From an uncultured Chloroflexia bacterium (lineage in GTDB: Bacteria; Chloroflexota; Dehalococcoidia; GIF9; UBA5629), in the NCBI GenBank assembly GCA_963754385.1, contig CAVWGE010000004.1, positions 118,780 to 182,779 on the forward strand: a stretch of DNA of 64,000 nt, read 5' to 3'. Both the position numbers and the translations under genes were made by a program. Below are positions 29,911 to 40,624 of the stretch, piece by piece (positions within the stretch are counted from its first letter, which is position 1; every line of letters starts with the position of its first letter). Under the pieces are notes generated by a model, which was not told the origin of the DNA, did not search any database, and saw only the letters and a program-made list of their open reading frames with translations.

Positions 29911-32625
29911 TTATCCCATCTCGGCCCAGTTTTTGCCTAGCTTGATGTCTATCTTTAAGGGCACGCTGAGCTTTAAGGCTTGAGGCATTATCTCAGCTAC
30001 CAGTTCTTTCATCGTCTCTACTTCCTCTGGCGGCACCTCGAAGAGGAGTTCATCATGCACCTGAAGGGTCATTTTGGTTCGCAGATTCCGCCTTTCCATC
30101 TCGCGGTGAAGGTTGACCATGGCGATTTTGATGATATCGGCTGAGGTGCCCTGCACCGGCATGTTTACTGCCATTCTCTCGGCAGACTCTCTGACCTGCC
30201 GGTTTGGCGATTTGATTTCAGGTATGTAGCGCCTCCTGCCCATCACCGTCTGCACGTAACCCCGCTCTCTGGCCTGGCTCTTGGTGTTTTCGATATATTC
30301 TTTGACCCTGGGATATTTCTCGAAGTAAGAGACGATGAACTGCGCAGCTTCCTCTCGGCTGAAATCGGTGGCTTGCTCCAGGCCGTAATCGCTCATGCCG
30401 TAGATAACGCCGAAGTTGACCGTCTTAGCCACGCGGCGCATGTCCGGAGTAACCTTCTCCGGGGGGACATTGAAGACGAGGGAAGCGGTAGCGGTATGCA
30501 CGTCCTCGTCTCTGAGGAATGTGGCGATAAGCTCCGCGTCCTGTGAGATGTGGGCTAATACTCTTAGGTCGATTTGGGAATAATCGCCGGAGAGAAGGTA
30601 CCACCCTGGCTCGGCGATAATGGCTTGTCTTATTTTGCCGCCCAGCTCGCCCCTTATGGGGATGTTCTGCATGTTCGGCTCGCTGGATGAAAGACGGCCG
30701 GTAGTTGTGCCTGCCTGGTTGAAGCTGGTATGCAGCCTGCCTGTTTTAGGGTTGACGAGGGCAGGGAAAGCATCGGTGTAGGTTGACTTCAGTTTGGCGA
30801 GCTGTCGGTATTGCAGGACAAGCTCAATTATGGGGTGAGTCCCCTTTAGCTCCTCAAGCGCCGAGGCTTCAGTAGAATAGCCGCTTTTTGTTTTGCGTGG
30901 CTTGGGAAGTTTTAGCTCCTCGTAAAGGATTCTGGACAACTGTTGTGACGAATTTATGTTGAACCTGTAGCCGAGACTGTTGTAAACCTCGGCTTCCAGT
31001 CTGAGCATCTCCTTACCCAGGCTGTGAGACATATCTCGCAGCAGCTCGACATCTATAGCCACCCCATTTCTTTCCATAGCTACCAGCACCGGTACCAGGG
31101 GCATTTCCACTTCACTGAAAAGCTGCCATAGTCCTTCTTTTCGCAGCTCAGCGTCGAGCATGCTTTTAAGCCTTAAAGTGATATCGGCATCGGCACAGGC
31201 ATAGTCGGCAGCCTGCTCTATTGCTGCCATCGCCATGGATAGCTGCTTGGCTCCTTTGCCGATTAAGTCGGTGATGGGTGTCATCTCGACTCCTAGTTTA
31301 TTGAAAGCCAGCGCTTTAAGCCCGATTGACTTTTCACCCAGCAGATAGGCGGCAATCATGGTATCGAAGCTAAGATTCTCAAGCTTTATCCCGGATTCGG
31401 CGAGCACCGTCATATCAAATTTGCCATTTTGAGCTATTTTGGGGATTTTAGTGTCTTCAAGCACAGGCTTAAGCCTGGCAATGACTTGAGGCAGCGGCAG
31501 TTGATGTATCTGGCTTAAGCTGCGGTGCCCTACCGGTATGTAGTAGGCTTCTCCCGGCATCGATGACAGTGAGATGCCGACGAGTTCACAAGTCATGACT
31601 TCTTTGGCGGAAGTCTCCAGGTCAACGGAGAATTCTTTGGCGGCTAGCAATTTGGTAATTAGGTTATCTAAAGCTTGCTCAGTGTCAATTATGTGATAGT
31701 CTTTTTTGGATATGGGTGTGCCAAGAGCTACAGTTGGCGTTCCTTCTATCTCCTCGGGCAGTCTGGATAGCAATTGGGCGAATCCCAGCTCGCGGAAAAG
31801 TTCGACTACCTGAGGTCTGTCGTAGGCGCTGACCTGGCAAGCATCAAGATTCAAGTTTATGGGGACATCGGTGACTATTGTCGCCAGTTCCTTGTTTCGA
31901 AGGGCCTCGGCTTTATGGTCGAGGAGCGATGCCTGTAGCTTCTCAGGAGCTATTTCTTCAATGTGGGTGTAGATTCCTTCCAGGCTGTCGAATTGTCGCA
32001 ATAGCTTGACTGCTGTCTTGTCGCCGATACCGGGGATGCCCGGGATGTTATCGGAGGGGTCGCCGGTGAGAGCTTTGAAGTCGGCGAGCTGTCCGGGAGA
32101 TATGCCATATTTTTCCTCGACACCTGCCTCATCGTAGATTACCGTATCGCTGAAGCTTCGTCTTGGAGACATTACATTTGTGCTGGGTGAAACGACCTGA
32201 AGCATGTCGTTGTCGCCGGTGACGATGAGGGTATCTACGTTTTGCTGACCAGCCTGGCGGCTCAGGGTACCCAGAATGTCATCAGCCTCGTAGCCATCGA
32301 TTTCGAAGGTGGGAATATTGAAGGCAGCTACCAGTTGATGAACGCGCTTTATCTGACTGATGAGCTCTTCGGGGGCTTTGGGGCGTTGAGCCTTGTAATC
32401 CTCGAATTTTTCATGTCTGAAGGTCGGTCCGGGACGGTCGAAGGCAATAGCCCAGTGAGTCGGCTTGATTTCGTTCAGCACCTTGAGTAAGGTGCTGGCA
32501 AAGCCCTGGACGGCATTTATCATTTCCCCGGTTTTAGATACAGTTAGGGGAGGTATGGCGTGGAAAGCCCGGTGTACCAGAGCATTCCCATCGAAAAGCA
32601 AGAGCAAAGGTTTTTCTTTAGCCAT
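29911..32625 (-). CDS. polA: DNA polymerase I
   Basis: 904 aa: 5'-3' exonuclease N-terminus, 3'-5' exonuclease-like middle, polymerase motifs DYSQIDLRVLAH and QVHDELLFEV. Confidence 0.95.
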   Translation of the reverse strand: MAKEKPLLLLFDGNALVHRAFHAIPPLTVSKTGEMINAVQGFASTLLKVLNEIKPTHWAIAFDRPGPTFRHEKFEDYKAQRPKAPEELISQIKRVHQLVAAFNIPTFEIDGYEADDILGTLSRQAGQQNVDTLIVTGDNDMLQVVSPSTNVMSPRRSFSDTVIYDEAGVEEKYGISPGQLADFKALTGDPSDNIPGIPGIGDKTAVKLLRQFDSLEGIYTHIEEIAPEKLQASLLDHKAEALRNKELATIVTDVPINLNLDACQVSAYDRPQVVELFRELGFAQLLSRLPEEIEGTPTVALGTPISKKDYHIIDTEQALDNLITKLLAAKEFSVDLETSAKEVMTCELVGISLSSMPGEAYYIPVGHRSLSQIHQLPLPQVIARLKPVLEDTKIPKIAQNGKFDMTVLAESGIKLENLSFDTMIAAYLLGEKSIGLKALAFNKLGVEMTPITDLIGKGAKQLSMAMAAIEQAADYACADADITLRLKSMLDAELRKEGLWQLFSEVEMPLVPVLVAMERNGVAIDVELLRDMSHSLGKEMLRLEAEVYNSLGYRFNINSSQQLSRILYEELKLPKPRKTKSGYSTEASALEELKGTHPIIELVLQYRQLAKLKSTYTDAFPALVNPKTGRLHTSFNQAGTTTGRLSSSEPNMQNIPIRGELGGKIRQAIIAEPGWYLLSGDYSQIDLRVLAHISQDAELIATFLRDEDVHTATASLVFNVPPEKVTPDMRRVAKTVNFGVIYGMSDYGLEQATDFSREEAAQFIVSYFEKYPRVKEYIENTKSQARERGYVQTVMGRRRYIPEIKSPNRQVRESAERMAVNMPVQGTSADIIKIAMVNLHREMERRNLRTKMTLQVHDELLFEVPPEEVETMKELVAEIMPQALKLSVPLKIDIKLGKNWAEMG

Positions 32626-32646
32626 ATTCTAAACCTTTTACTGCAT

Positions 32647-32768
32647 GTCATTCTGAGCCTTTCTCCCCATGTCATTCTGAGCACAGCGAAGAATCTAAAC
32701 CCCCTTCTCTTTCCGCAGCAGATTATGCTGTACCAGATTCTTCGGTCACTTCGCTCCCTCAGAATGAC
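32647..32768. repeat. Palindromic intergenic element, second copy of the gtcattctgag...cagaatgac family
   Basis: Arms gtcattctgagcacagcgaagaatct and agattcttcggtcacttcgctccctcagaatgac, plus an extra gtcattctgagc half-copy at 32647. Lies in the divergent polA/argF promoter region. Confidence 0.5.
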
Positions 32769-32851
32769 ACGAAGGAAAGGTTTGAACTCATTATATAACA
32801 GGTTGACAGTCGTGGTATACTATTTCTCACCCTCAGGAAGGTAGCTCAAAA

Positions 32852-33781
32852 GTGAAGGCAAAAGACCTGCTTTCCGTAGCCGATTTGAGCGCTGCGGAGA
32901 TTGAAAAAATCATTGCTCAAGCGTTGAAAATGAAACGTGGGCCGGTGCCGCAGTTGCTGTCTGGTAAGATACTGGCTCTTGTGTTCGAGAAACCGTCTTT
33001 GCGCACCCGGGTCAGTTTTGAAGTGGCAGCATATCAGCTGGGGGGCTATTGCTTTTACCTGTCGCCCGATGAGGTGGGGCTGGGAAAGCGAGAGCCGGTT
33101 TCCGATGTAGCTCATGTTCTCAGCCGCTACGTGCATGGCATTATAGCCCGCACCTTCTCTCATGAGACTTTACAGACGCTGGCACGTTACTCAACTGTGC
33201 CGGTGATTAACGCCCTTTCCGATTTGGAGCACCCGTGCCAGGCTCTAGCTGATATATTGACCATTAACGAGAAAAAGGGAAAACTAAAGGGCTTGAACCT
33301 GGCTTTTGTCGGTGACGGTAATAATGTAGCTCATAGTTTGCTTCTGGCAGCCTCGCTTACCGGGATTAATTTCTGTATTGCCTCTCCGCCTGGATATACG
33401 GTGAATGATAAGATATTGCAGACGGCCAAGGAATTTGCGGCTCATAGCGGCAGCCGGATACTCTTAACCGAGGAGCCTGAGCAGGCGGTGAAGGATGCTG
33501 ACGTTGTTTATACAGATGTGTGGACGAGCATGGGGCAAGAATCCGAGGCTGAAAAGCGTCGTAAAGCCTTCGCTGGCTATCAGGTTGATGCCCGGCTATT
33601 GTCTTCAGCCAAGAAGGATGTTATATTTTTGCATCCTTTGCCGGCCCATCATGGTGAGGAGGTGGCTGTTGGGCTTCTTGATAGTCCATGCTCGGTGGTC
33701 TTTGCCCAGGCAGAAAATAGGCTCCATTTACAAAAGGCGTTGCTGGCTGAGATGTTTGGCAAGGTTGGACGCACCCGCTAG
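32852..33781 (+). CDS. argF: Ornithine carbamoyltransferase
   Basis: Motifs STRTRVSFE, HPCQALAD and HPLPAHHGEEV; GTG start with upstream AGGAAGG. Confidence 0.9.
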   Translation: MKAKDLLSVADLSAAEIEKIIAQALKMKRGPVPQLLSGKILALVFEKPSLRTRVSFEVAAYQLGGYCFYLSPDEVGLGKREPVSDVAHVLSRYVHGIIARTFSHETLQTLARYSTVPVINALSDLEHPCQALADILTINEKKGKLKGLNLAFVGDGNNVAHSLLLAASLTGINFCIASPPGYTVNDKILQTAKEFAAHSGSRILLTEEPEQAVKDADVVYTDVWTSMGQESEAEKRRKAFAGYQVDARLLSSAKKDVIFLHPLPAHHGEEVAVGLLDSPCSVVFAQAENRLHLQKALLAEMFGKVGRTR

Positions 33782-33831
33782 CAAGTGCTATTCTTTTATT
33801 AGCCAGTCACAATTCCGAAAGTGAGTAAAAC

Positions 33832-35172
33832 GTGAATCAGGTTGTAGCTATAGTTGGTCGAGCCAATGTCGGCAAGTCGACATTGTTTAACCGCCTGGCA
33901 GGTGAGCCGCTAGCTATTGTCGAGGACCTACCAGGGACAACGCGCGACCGTGTCTTTGCCGACGTTTCGTGGCAGGGACATGAGGTGACTTTGGTTGATA
34001 CTGGTGGTTTGGAGCCAAAGCCGGGCTCTTCTCTGGCTCAAAAAGTTAAGGGTCAAGTAGAGTTAGCCATAGCTGAAGCTGATGTCATTATTTTTATGGT
34101 GGATGTTCGAGATGGGGTGATTGCTGCCGATTGTGAGATAGCCGACCTGCTGCGTAGCTGCAATAAGCCGGTAGTTTTGGCGGCTAATAAAGCTGATAAC
34201 GCCAGGCTGGAGAGCCATACAGCCGATTTCTACCAGTTAGGTGTTGGCACTCCGGTGGCCATCAGTGCTCAACACGGTCGGGGTATAAGCGAGCTTTGGC
34301 AAGCGATAATTCATCTCCTCCCGGAGAGTTCTATCGGTTTTGTTGATTCAGATAGACCCAAATTGGCTATTGTGGGGCGGCCCAATGTAGGGAAATCAAT
34401 GCTATTGAATGCTATTGTTGGTGAGGAAAGAGCCATTGTGGACCAGGTTCCGGGGACGACCCGGGATGTAGTCGATACCGTTTTCACTCACCGGGGGCAG
34501 GAGTTGCTGTTGATAGATACTGCTGGCATCAGGCGGCGTGGGCGCGCTAGTATAGGAATAGAGTATTACAGCTTGATTCGAGCTTTGCGTGCCATTAATC
34601 GTTGCGATGTCGCCCTGTTGGTTACTGATGCCACTGAGTTTATTACTGCTCAGGATTTGCATATTGCCGGCTATATTAAGCAGGCGGGCAAAGGTATGGT
34701 GCTGGTGGTTAACAAGTGGGACCTTGTTTCCGGGCAGCCGAAGGAAGCGTATGCTCACCAAATTCAGCAGCGGCTAAAGTTTATGTCTCATGTGCCCGTT
34801 CTTTATGTTTCGGCTAAATTCAGGCGTGGCGTAGATGGTATAATACCTAAGGCTCTGGAGGTGTGGCAGGAAAGACAAAAGCAACTGCCAGACTCAGTAG
34901 TGGATAAGCTGATTAAGGAGGCGGTGACGGCGCATACGCGGCCACGAAAAGGTTTGAAGCAACTCGAAGTTATTCGTGCCTATCAGGCGGGCATCAATCC
35001 TCCTAGCTTTGCTCTTCTGGTTAATGACCCGGAGCTAGTGCATTTCTCTTATCAGCGCTATCTGGAGAACAGGCTCCGGCAAACCTTTGGCTTTTCCGGG
35101 ACCTCGTTGCGGCTTCTTTTCAAGAAGGCGAAATCAAGAAAGCGTGAAAAAGTGGGGGGTGGAAAGGCGTGA
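33832..35172 (+). CDS. der: GTPase Der (EngA)
   Basis: Two G domains (GRANVGKST, GRPNVGKSM; DTGG/DTAG; NKAD/NKWD) and a C-terminal KH-like domain. Confidence 0.93.
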   Translation: MNQVVAIVGRANVGKSTLFNRLAGEPLAIVEDLPGTTRDRVFADVSWQGHEVTLVDTGGLEPKPGSSLAQKVKGQVELAIAEADVIIFMVDVRDGVIAADCEIADLLRSCNKPVVLAANKADNARLESHTADFYQLGVGTPVAISAQHGRGISELWQAIIHLLPESSIGFVDSDRPKLAIVGRPNVGKSMLLNAIVGEERAIVDQVPGTTRDVVDTVFTHRGQELLLIDTAGIRRRGRASIGIEYYSLIRALRAINRCDVALLVTDATEFITAQDLHIAGYIKQAGKGMVLVVNKWDLVSGQPKEAYAHQIQQRLKFMSHVPVLYVSAKFRRGVDGIIPKALEVWQERQKQLPDSVVDKLIKEAVTAHTRPRKGLKQLEVIRAYQAGINPPSFALLVNDPELVHFSYQRYLENRLRQTFGFSGTSLRLLFKKAKSRKREKVGGGKA

Positions 35173-35819
35173 TAATCGCTAAATTCGTCCTTGTTGCGGT
35201 GATTGGCTATCTTATGGGCGCCATTCCGTTTGCTTTGATAATCAGCAAGCGGATGGCAGGGATTGATATTTCCAAGCGAGGTAGCGGTAATCTTGGCGGC
35301 ACCAACGTGTTGCGAGTTCTAGGTTTCAAGGCAGGAGCCATAGTTATGGCTCTTGACTTAGCCAAGGCATTTGCGCCGGTGATGCTGGCCAGATTCATTA
35401 TAGGTGACAGTGTGCTGTCCATAGCCGGTTTTACTATTAATTGGCAATGGGGTCAGGTCATAACGGCTTTGATGGTGATGGTGGGGCACAGCTGGTCAGT
35501 ATATATTAAATTTCGTGGTGGGAAGGGTGCAGCTGCTTACTTTGGTAGCTGGTTTGCTATTTGGCCAGTGGCAGCTTTGGTCGGCGGTGTGATTTTGATA
35601 GTGACGGTTTTGCTGAGTAAATACATGTCCCTAGGTTCCATAATTGGCTCATTGAGTATCTTATGTCTGTTCATGGTACTGACGTTGACTGATATGTCTC
35701 CCCCTGTATACTTAATTTATAGCCTGATAGCTGCAGCTTTGATTGTCTATCAACATCGGAGCAATATCAGCAGGCTACAAGCCGGGACTGAGAATCGGAT
35801 GGGACTAGGCCGTAAATAG
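35169..35819 (+). CDS. plsY: Glycerol-3-phosphate acyltransferase PlsY
   Basis: Motif GSGNLGGTNVLRVLG with 5 TM segments; overlaps der by 4 nt. Confidence 0.85.
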   Translation: MIIAKFVLVAVIGYLMGAIPFALIISKRMAGIDISKRGSGNLGGTNVLRVLGFKAGAIVMALDLAKAFAPVMLARFIIGDSVLSIAGFTINWQWGQVITALMVMVGHSWSVYIKFRGGKGAAAYFGSWFAIWPVAALVGGVILIVTVLLSKYMSLGSIIGSLSILCLFMVLTLTDMSPPVYLIYSLIAAALIVYQHRSNISRLQAGTENRMGLGRK

Positions 35820-35885
35820 GACAGCCCTGTGATTTGATACTTCATAACCACAAAGGCGTGAAAATTCGTCTTCTCTTTTGAGTAA

Positions 35886-36890
35886 TTGATTATGCCAAAA
35901 GTTGCTGTTATCGGTGCTACTACCTGGGGCAATACCCTGGGCAGGCTGTTGGGGGGCAAAGGGGTGATGGTCAGCGTTTGGGCGCGGACTGAAGCCAAAG
36001 CCGATGAGTTGAGAAAGGAGCACCAAGGCTTGCTATCGAAAGATGCCTCCGCTGATTGTCTTTCTTTTACTGGTAATATTGATGAGGCATTGCACTCGGC
36101 TGAGTTCGTTATCTGTGCCGTGCCGGCTCAACGCATGCGTCAAAATTTGAGGCTGAGCAGTCCTCACGTGGACTCTTCTGTTATCCTGGTAAGCGCAGCT
36201 AAGGGGCTGGAAGCGGAGACTGGCAAAAGGATGTCAGAGGTGATAGCGGAGGAGATTGCCTCTGCCTCTCAGGACAGTATATGTGCTTTATCCGGGCCGA
36301 ATCTTTCTGGAGAAATTAACCAAGGCTTACCTGCTACCTCGGTAATAGCTGGTCGGGATATGGAGGTTGCCAAAAAGGTGCAGGTATTACTAGATTCGCC
36401 GAATTTCTCCGTTTTCATCAGTGATGACATTGTTGGTGTTGAGCTATGCGGCGCCTTAAAGAATGTCATTGCTTTAGGGGCTGGAATTATGGATGGCTTG
36501 GATTTAGGCAACAATGCCAAAGCTGCGTTTATCACTCTAGGCTGGAGCGAGGTTGTTTCGCTTGGGATAGCCTTGGGAGCTAAGCCGGATACTTTTTATG
36601 GACTGGCTGGTTTAGGTGACCTCGTAGCTACCGGCAATAGTCTATTGAGTCGCAATCACTACGTAGGTTATGAATTGGGTAAAGGGCGACCTTTAAGTGA
36701 CATAGTTGCCTCTATGTCCCATGTTGCTGAGGGGGTTGATACAGCTATAGCCGCCCATCATTTGTCGAATAAGCTGAGACTTGAAACACCGATTATAAAC
36801 CTTGTGTACAGCGTGTTATTTGAGTCCCTGCCACCAGCTGAGATATCAAGGCGGTTCAAGAATGGACTGAAGCCTGAATCAATCCTCTAG
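35886..36890 (+). CDS. gpsA: NAD(P)H-dependent glycerol-3-phosphate dehydrogenase
   Basis: N-terminal Rossmann fold GATTWGNTL and GpsA family sequence. Confidence 0.9.
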   Translation: MIMPKVAVIGATTWGNTLGRLLGGKGVMVSVWARTEAKADELRKEHQGLLSKDASADCLSFTGNIDEALHSAEFVICAVPAQRMRQNLRLSSPHVDSSVILVSAAKGLEAETGKRMSEVIAEEIASASQDSICALSGPNLSGEINQGLPATSVIAGRDMEVAKKVQVLLDSPNFSVFISDDIVGVELCGALKNVIALGAGIMDGLDLGNNAKAAFITLGWSEVVSLGIALGAKPDTFYGLAGLGDLVATGNSLLSRNHYVGYELGKGRPLSDIVASMSHVAEGVDTAIAAHHLSNKLRLETPIINLVYSVLFESLPPAEISRRFKNGLKPESIL

Positions 36891-36913
36891 CTCTCGATGG
36901 GCGCGTCTCTAGC

Positions 36914-38008
36914 CTATTCGATAATTTCGTGGTCTTCGCCTTCGGGCATTTTCGCAGTGGGCAGTGTTTTAGCTAATTCTTCAAAAAGTCGTCGTTGATT
37001 GGCATCCATAGATTGCGGGGTTACTACCCGGATTATGACCAGTTGGTCTCCCCTACCTTTACTGTTAAGACGAGGCACCCCTTTGCCTTTTATGCGGAAC
37101 ACCTTTCTGTCCTGAGTCCCCGGCGGCATCTTCATCAGTGTTTTGCCGTCGAGGGTCGGCACTTCTATGTTATCTCCCAGGGCAGCTTGAGTGAAATTAA
37201 TGGGCAATTCATAGAGGATATCATTCCCCTTACGGGCAAAGAACTTATGTGATTTCACGGAGAAGTTGATGTAGATATCGCCAGGGGAGCCGCCGTATTT
37301 TCCGGCATCGCCTTCTTTACTGAGGCGCATCTGGTAGCTTTCGTCAATTCCTGGTGGAACGGTGACCGTCAGCTTGCGTTTTATTCTCTCTTTGCCGCTA
37401 CCTTTGCACTGGCGGCAGGGGTTGTTAATAACCGTGCCTTCGCCTTTGCAGTGTGGACAGGTAGCAGCGTGAACGAAGCGCCCGAAAAAGCTTTGTTGGA
37501 CTCGGCGTACTTCGCCATTGCCATTACAGTTGGGGCATTTTTGTGGATTTGTTCCCGGTTGACTACCGAGGCCTTGGCACACAGAGCAGTTTTCTATGTG
37601 CGAGACCTCGAATTGTTTGTCTGCACCGAAAACAGCTTCTTCAAAAGAAATGGTTAAGTTGGCTCGCAGGTCAGCTCCCTTTTGGGGGGAACGACGTTGA
37701 GCTCTGGCAGTGGTGGCGCCGAAGAAAGCATCGAAGATGTCACCTAAGCCACCGAAGCCGGAGTCTTCGAAATCGAACAAATCTGCAGTAGCTACACGGC
37801 CATAGCGGTCATAAGAGGCACGCTTCGTGGTGTCGGAGAGCACTTCATAGGCCTCGTTTATCTCCTTGAATTTCTCTTCAGCCGACTCATCTTTATTGTG
37901 GTCAGGATGATACTTGAAGGCTAACTTGCGGAAAGCCCTTTTAATTTCTTCGTCACTGGCGCCTCTGGGAACTCCAAGTATTTCGTAATAGTCGCGATTT
38001 CTAGGCAT
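36914..38008 (-). CDS. dnaJ: Chaperone DnaJ (full four-repeat zinc finger)
   Basis: J domain (YYEILGV..HPD), G/F region, four CxxCxGxG repeats, C-terminal domains. Start placed at the Met preceding RDYYEILGV. Confidence 0.9.
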   Translation of the reverse strand: MPRNRDYYEILGVPRGASDEEIKRAFRKLAFKYHPDHNKDESAEEKFKEINEAYEVLSDTTKRASYDRYGRVATADLFDFEDSGFGGLGDIFDAFFGATTARAQRRSPQKGADLRANLTISFEEAVFGADKQFEVSHIENCSVCQGLGSQPGTNPQKCPNCNGNGEVRRVQQSFFGRFVHAATCPHCKGEGTVINNPCRQCKGSGKERIKRKLTVTVPPGIDESYQMRLSKEGDAGKYGGSPGDIYINFSVKSHKFFARKGNDILYELPINFTQAALGDNIEVPTLDGKTLMKMPPGTQDRKVFRIKGKGVPRLNSKGRGDQLVIIRVVTPQSMDANQRRLFEELAKTLPTAKMPEGEDHEIIE

Positions 38009-38032
38009 AGATAAAACAAACCTCAACATTTC

Positions 38033-38062
38033 AGTATAGCTGACGGGTCAGCTTTTTAGCAA
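38033..38062 (-). promoter_or_regulatory. Putative dnaJ promoter (TTGCTA-18-TATACT) with embedded operator-like inverted repeat AGCTGAC-GG-GTCAGCT
   Basis: On the minus strand, -35 TTGCTA (plus coordinates 38057-38062) and -10 TATACT (38033-38038). A perfect 7-bp inverted repeat fills the spacer at 38038-38053. Confidence 0.4.
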
Positions 38063-38122
38063 ATTTTACATTAGGCCGCCTCATTAAAGCTGTATAATTT
38101 GTTTTGCACATGGTGGTAATGT

Positions 38123-38710
38123 ATGATTGGTTGTCAAATGAAAGAGAAGCTCAGGCAGGCTTTGGCTTCGTGGCAGAAGATGAGGTTAAGTGGTAGGGGG
38201 CTGACTGAAGCAGCGGTCCTAGTTCCGATTTTTTGCAAAGACGGGGAATACCATATCCTTTTTACCCGGCGAAGCGAACAGGTGCCACATCACAAGGGGC
38301 AGATATCGTTTCCTGGTGGGGCAAGAAGCGAAGATGACCCTGGCCTTTTGGATACAGCTCTTAGAGAGAGCTGGGAGGAGATTGGGTTGGAAGCCAAGGA
38401 TGCGGAGATTCTGGGAGAACTGGATGATACCCCAACAACAACATCGAGTTTCAATATCTCACCTTTTGTAGCTTTTATACCCTGTCCTTACGAGTTCAGC
38501 TTGAATCGCTATGAGATTGATGAGATTTTCAGCATACCTGTCTCAGTCTTGTTGAATAAAGCTAACAAAAAGGAGGGATGCTACACTTTTGGCAATGAGG
38601 TTTTTGTTGATTACTCCTATGAATATGAGGGAAAGGTAATATGGGGGGCTACAGCGCAGATTGTTCATCAGCTTCTTGAAGTTTGGCAATCAGCGAGTGG
38701 AGCTCAGTGA
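38123..38710 (+). CDS. NUDIX hydrolase
   Basis: Nudix box GGARSEDDPGLLDTALRESWEEIGL. Confidence 0.8.
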   Translation: MIGCQMKEKLRQALASWQKMRLSGRGLTEAAVLVPIFCKDGEYHILFTRRSEQVPHHKGQISFPGGARSEDDPGLLDTALRESWEEIGLEAKDAEILGELDDTPTTTSSFNISPFVAFIPCPYEFSLNRYEIDEIFSIPVSVLLNKANKKEGCYTFGNEVFVDYSYEYEGKVIWGATAQIVHQLLEVWQSASGAQ

Positions 38711-38910
38711 TAAGCATCTTAATTTTCTTCAAAACAGCCTGTCCGTAGTATCTTTCAAACTCATCGTTTATGTGAATAGTTCTCATCGTACAATGTTTAT
38801 ACCTTTGCCCCCTTATACAATCCGAGCCCAATTCATTGCTAATTATAAGATAATTAATTAACTTTGTCACTATAGTTAATATTTTTTATTAATATAGATA
38901 GAGCTCATAC

Positions 38911-38939
38911 TTGACAAAGATTAAGAAGTTATTTAAAAT
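38911..38939 (+). promoter_or_regulatory. Sigma70-like promoter of dnaJ2-hspR-clpB operon (TTGACA-17-TAAAAT)
   Basis: Consensus -35 at 38911-38916, 17-nt spacer, -10 TAAAAT at 38934-38939, 22 nt before the ATG. The surrounding region is strongly AT-rich. Confidence 0.45.
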
Positions 38940-38960
38940 AGTACAGTTAAAAGGCTCAAG

Positions 38961-39953
38961 GTGAAAGCTATGCCGGGTAAAGATTTTTATGCAATTTTGG
39001 GTGTAGGTCGTAGCGCCTCTGAAAAAGAGGTAAAGCAGGCTTATCGGCGGCTTGCCCGGAAATACCATCCTGATGTCAATCCTGGGGACAAGACGGCTGA
39101 AGCTAAGTTCAAAGAGATAAACGAGGCGTATGAGGTGCTTTCCGACCCGGAAAAGCGAAAGAAGTATGACAGTTATGGTGACCAGTGGCAATATGCCGAG
39201 CAATTTGCCAAAGCTGGCCAAGGGGCTCAACGGGATTTCAGCAGGGGGGGCACGTATACCACCTCTGATTTTGGTGACTTGGGTGATTTAGGTGATATCT
39301 TTGGTGGTATTTTTCAGGGCTTTGGTGGTGGCGCAGGCACTGCCCGACGTTCTGCCAGGGCCAGGAGCATGGAGTATCCTGTGGAGGTCACTCTGGAGGA
39401 AGCTTACCACGGTACAAGGCGTGTTCTTCAACTTCAGGCTGAGGAACCTTGCTCAGTTTGTGGTGGTAGTGGTAGGGTTGGCAGAGCACGATGTTCTAAC
39501 TGTGGGGGTTCAGGCAGGTTGTTGAGACCTAAGAGGCTTGAAGTCAAAATCCCACCGGGTGTCAGAGACGGTTCGAAGGTGCGGATTGCTGGTCAGGGAA
39601 GTCAAGGCTATGGTGGGGCTAAAGGCGACCTCTTTCTGGTAGTGAAAGTACTCCCTCACCGAATCTTTGAGCGTAAAGGCGATGACCTTCATGTTGAGGC
39701 ACCAGTCCCCTTGGCAACCGCCATGCTTGGTGGTGAGGTGGGAGTCCCGACACTTAAAGGAAATGTGGCTTTAAAGGTGCCGCCGGAGACCCAGAATGGC
39801 AAGGTGTTTCGTTTGTCAGGTCAGGGTATGCCGCATTTGAACGACTCTTCACGAGGTGACATATTTGCTAAAGTGAAGGTGGTGCTGCCGACAAAATTGA
39901 CGCAGCAGGAGAGGAAGCTTTTCGAGCAGTTGCGAAGTTACCGTCACGGTTAA
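38961..39953 (+). CDS. DnaJ-like co-chaperone with a half zinc finger (two CxxCxGxG repeats)
   Basis: J domain ([11 protein letters not shown]), G/F-rich region, only two CxxCGGSG repeats, DnaJ C-terminal domains. Co-oriented with hspR and clpB. Confidence 0.85.
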   Translation: MKAMPGKDFYAILGVGRSASEKEVKQAYRRLARKYHPDVNPGDKTAEAKFKEINEAYEVLSDPEKRKKYDSYGDQWQYAEQFAKAGQGAQRDFSRGGTYTTSDFGDLGDLGDIFGGIFQGFGGGAGTARRSARARSMEYPVEVTLEEAYHGTRRVLQLQAEEPCSVCGGSGRVGRARCSNCGGSGRLLRPKRLEVKIPPGVRDGSKVRIAGQGSQGYGGAKGDLFLVVKVLPHRIFERKGDDLHVEAPVPLATAMLGGEVGVPTLKGNVALKVPPETQNGKVFRLSGQGMPHLNDSSRGDIFAKVKVVLPTKLTQQERKLFEQLRSYRHG

Positions 39954-39987
39954 GTATTGTCATTGTATTGTTGAGGTGATAAGATAG

Positions 39988-40341
39988 ATGAATTCGGCTG
40001 GTTCAGAACCGAGATATGTAATAAGCGTTGCGGCTCGAATAGTGGGCATTGAGACGCACACCTTGCGTTATTATGAAAGAATTGGCTTAGTGCAGCCGTA
40101 TCGTTCCAAGGGGAACATCCGTTACTATTCGGAGGCTGAAATTGAACGCCTGTGTCACATTAAAACCCTGATGAGCGATTTGGGAATTAATCTGGCTGGA
40201 ATTGAGGTGGTAATACGTATGGCTGAGAGAATGACAGAAATGCAACGCCGAATTCAAGAGATGGAATTTGAGATTGAGCAGCTTAGACAAACTGAAACAG
40301 GAACGAAAGGGAAACTAAAGAGGAGAGTCAATGGTGACTAA
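39988..40341 (+). CDS. hspR: MerR-family heat shock regulator (HspR-like)
   Basis: MerR HTH (VISVAARIVGIETHTLRYYERIGLV) plus a C-terminal coiled coil. The dnaJ-hspR-clpB context matches HspR regulons. Confidence 0.8.
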   Translation: MNSAGSEPRYVISVAARIVGIETHTLRYYERIGLVQPYRSKGNIRYYSEAEIERLCHIKTLMSDLGINLAGIEVVIRMAERMTEMQRRIQEMEFEIEQLRQTETGTKGKLKRRVNGD

Positions 40342-40615
40342 GACAAAGATGGAACTGCAACCTGCCAAATGGCAGATTACGGCGACTACTATTCACTGTG
40401 ATTTGGTTGATGACTTCGTTACTATAATGGTGAACAATGATTGGTCGACTAAATGTGCTTGGTACAATCGGCACAAAAAGAAAGCCCTTGAGGACAAAAA
40501 GCAGAAATTAGATAGGAAAATGAGGTTTAAGATAGAGAAATGCCATGGGCCTGAGTGCTCCTATGTTAAAGATTACCGAGATAAGCTTATTAAAGAGGAG
40601 TTTGAGGAGGAGTAA
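40331..40615 (+). CDS. Small Cys/His-containing protein of unknown function in the hspR-clpB operon
   Basis: 94 aa, overlaps the hspR stop. Cysteines at C23, C42, C71, C76 with His (KCHGPEC) suggest a possible metal-binding module. The real start may be the internal Met (MELQPAKW). Confidence 0.5.
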   Translation: MVTKTKMELQPAKWQITATTIHCDLVDDFVTIMVNNDWSTKCAWYNRHKKKALEDKKQKLDRKMRFKIEKCHGPECSYVKDYRDKLIKEEFEEE

Positions 40616-40624
40616 TAGAGACCT

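Noticed and set aside
38649-38870. 73-aa minus-strand ORF overlapping the 3' end of the NUDIX gene
   Set aside because: It overlaps a confident gene by 60 nt and lies within the AT-rich promoter region of dnaJ2. No RBS or homologue was recognisable, so it is probably spurious.
38870-38960. HspR HAIR operator (CTTGAGT-N7-ACTCAAG) upstream of dnaJ2
   Set aside because: Only separated half-site-like hexamers (cttgac ... ctcaag, 35 bp apart) are present. The spacing is not canonical, so no HAIR is called.
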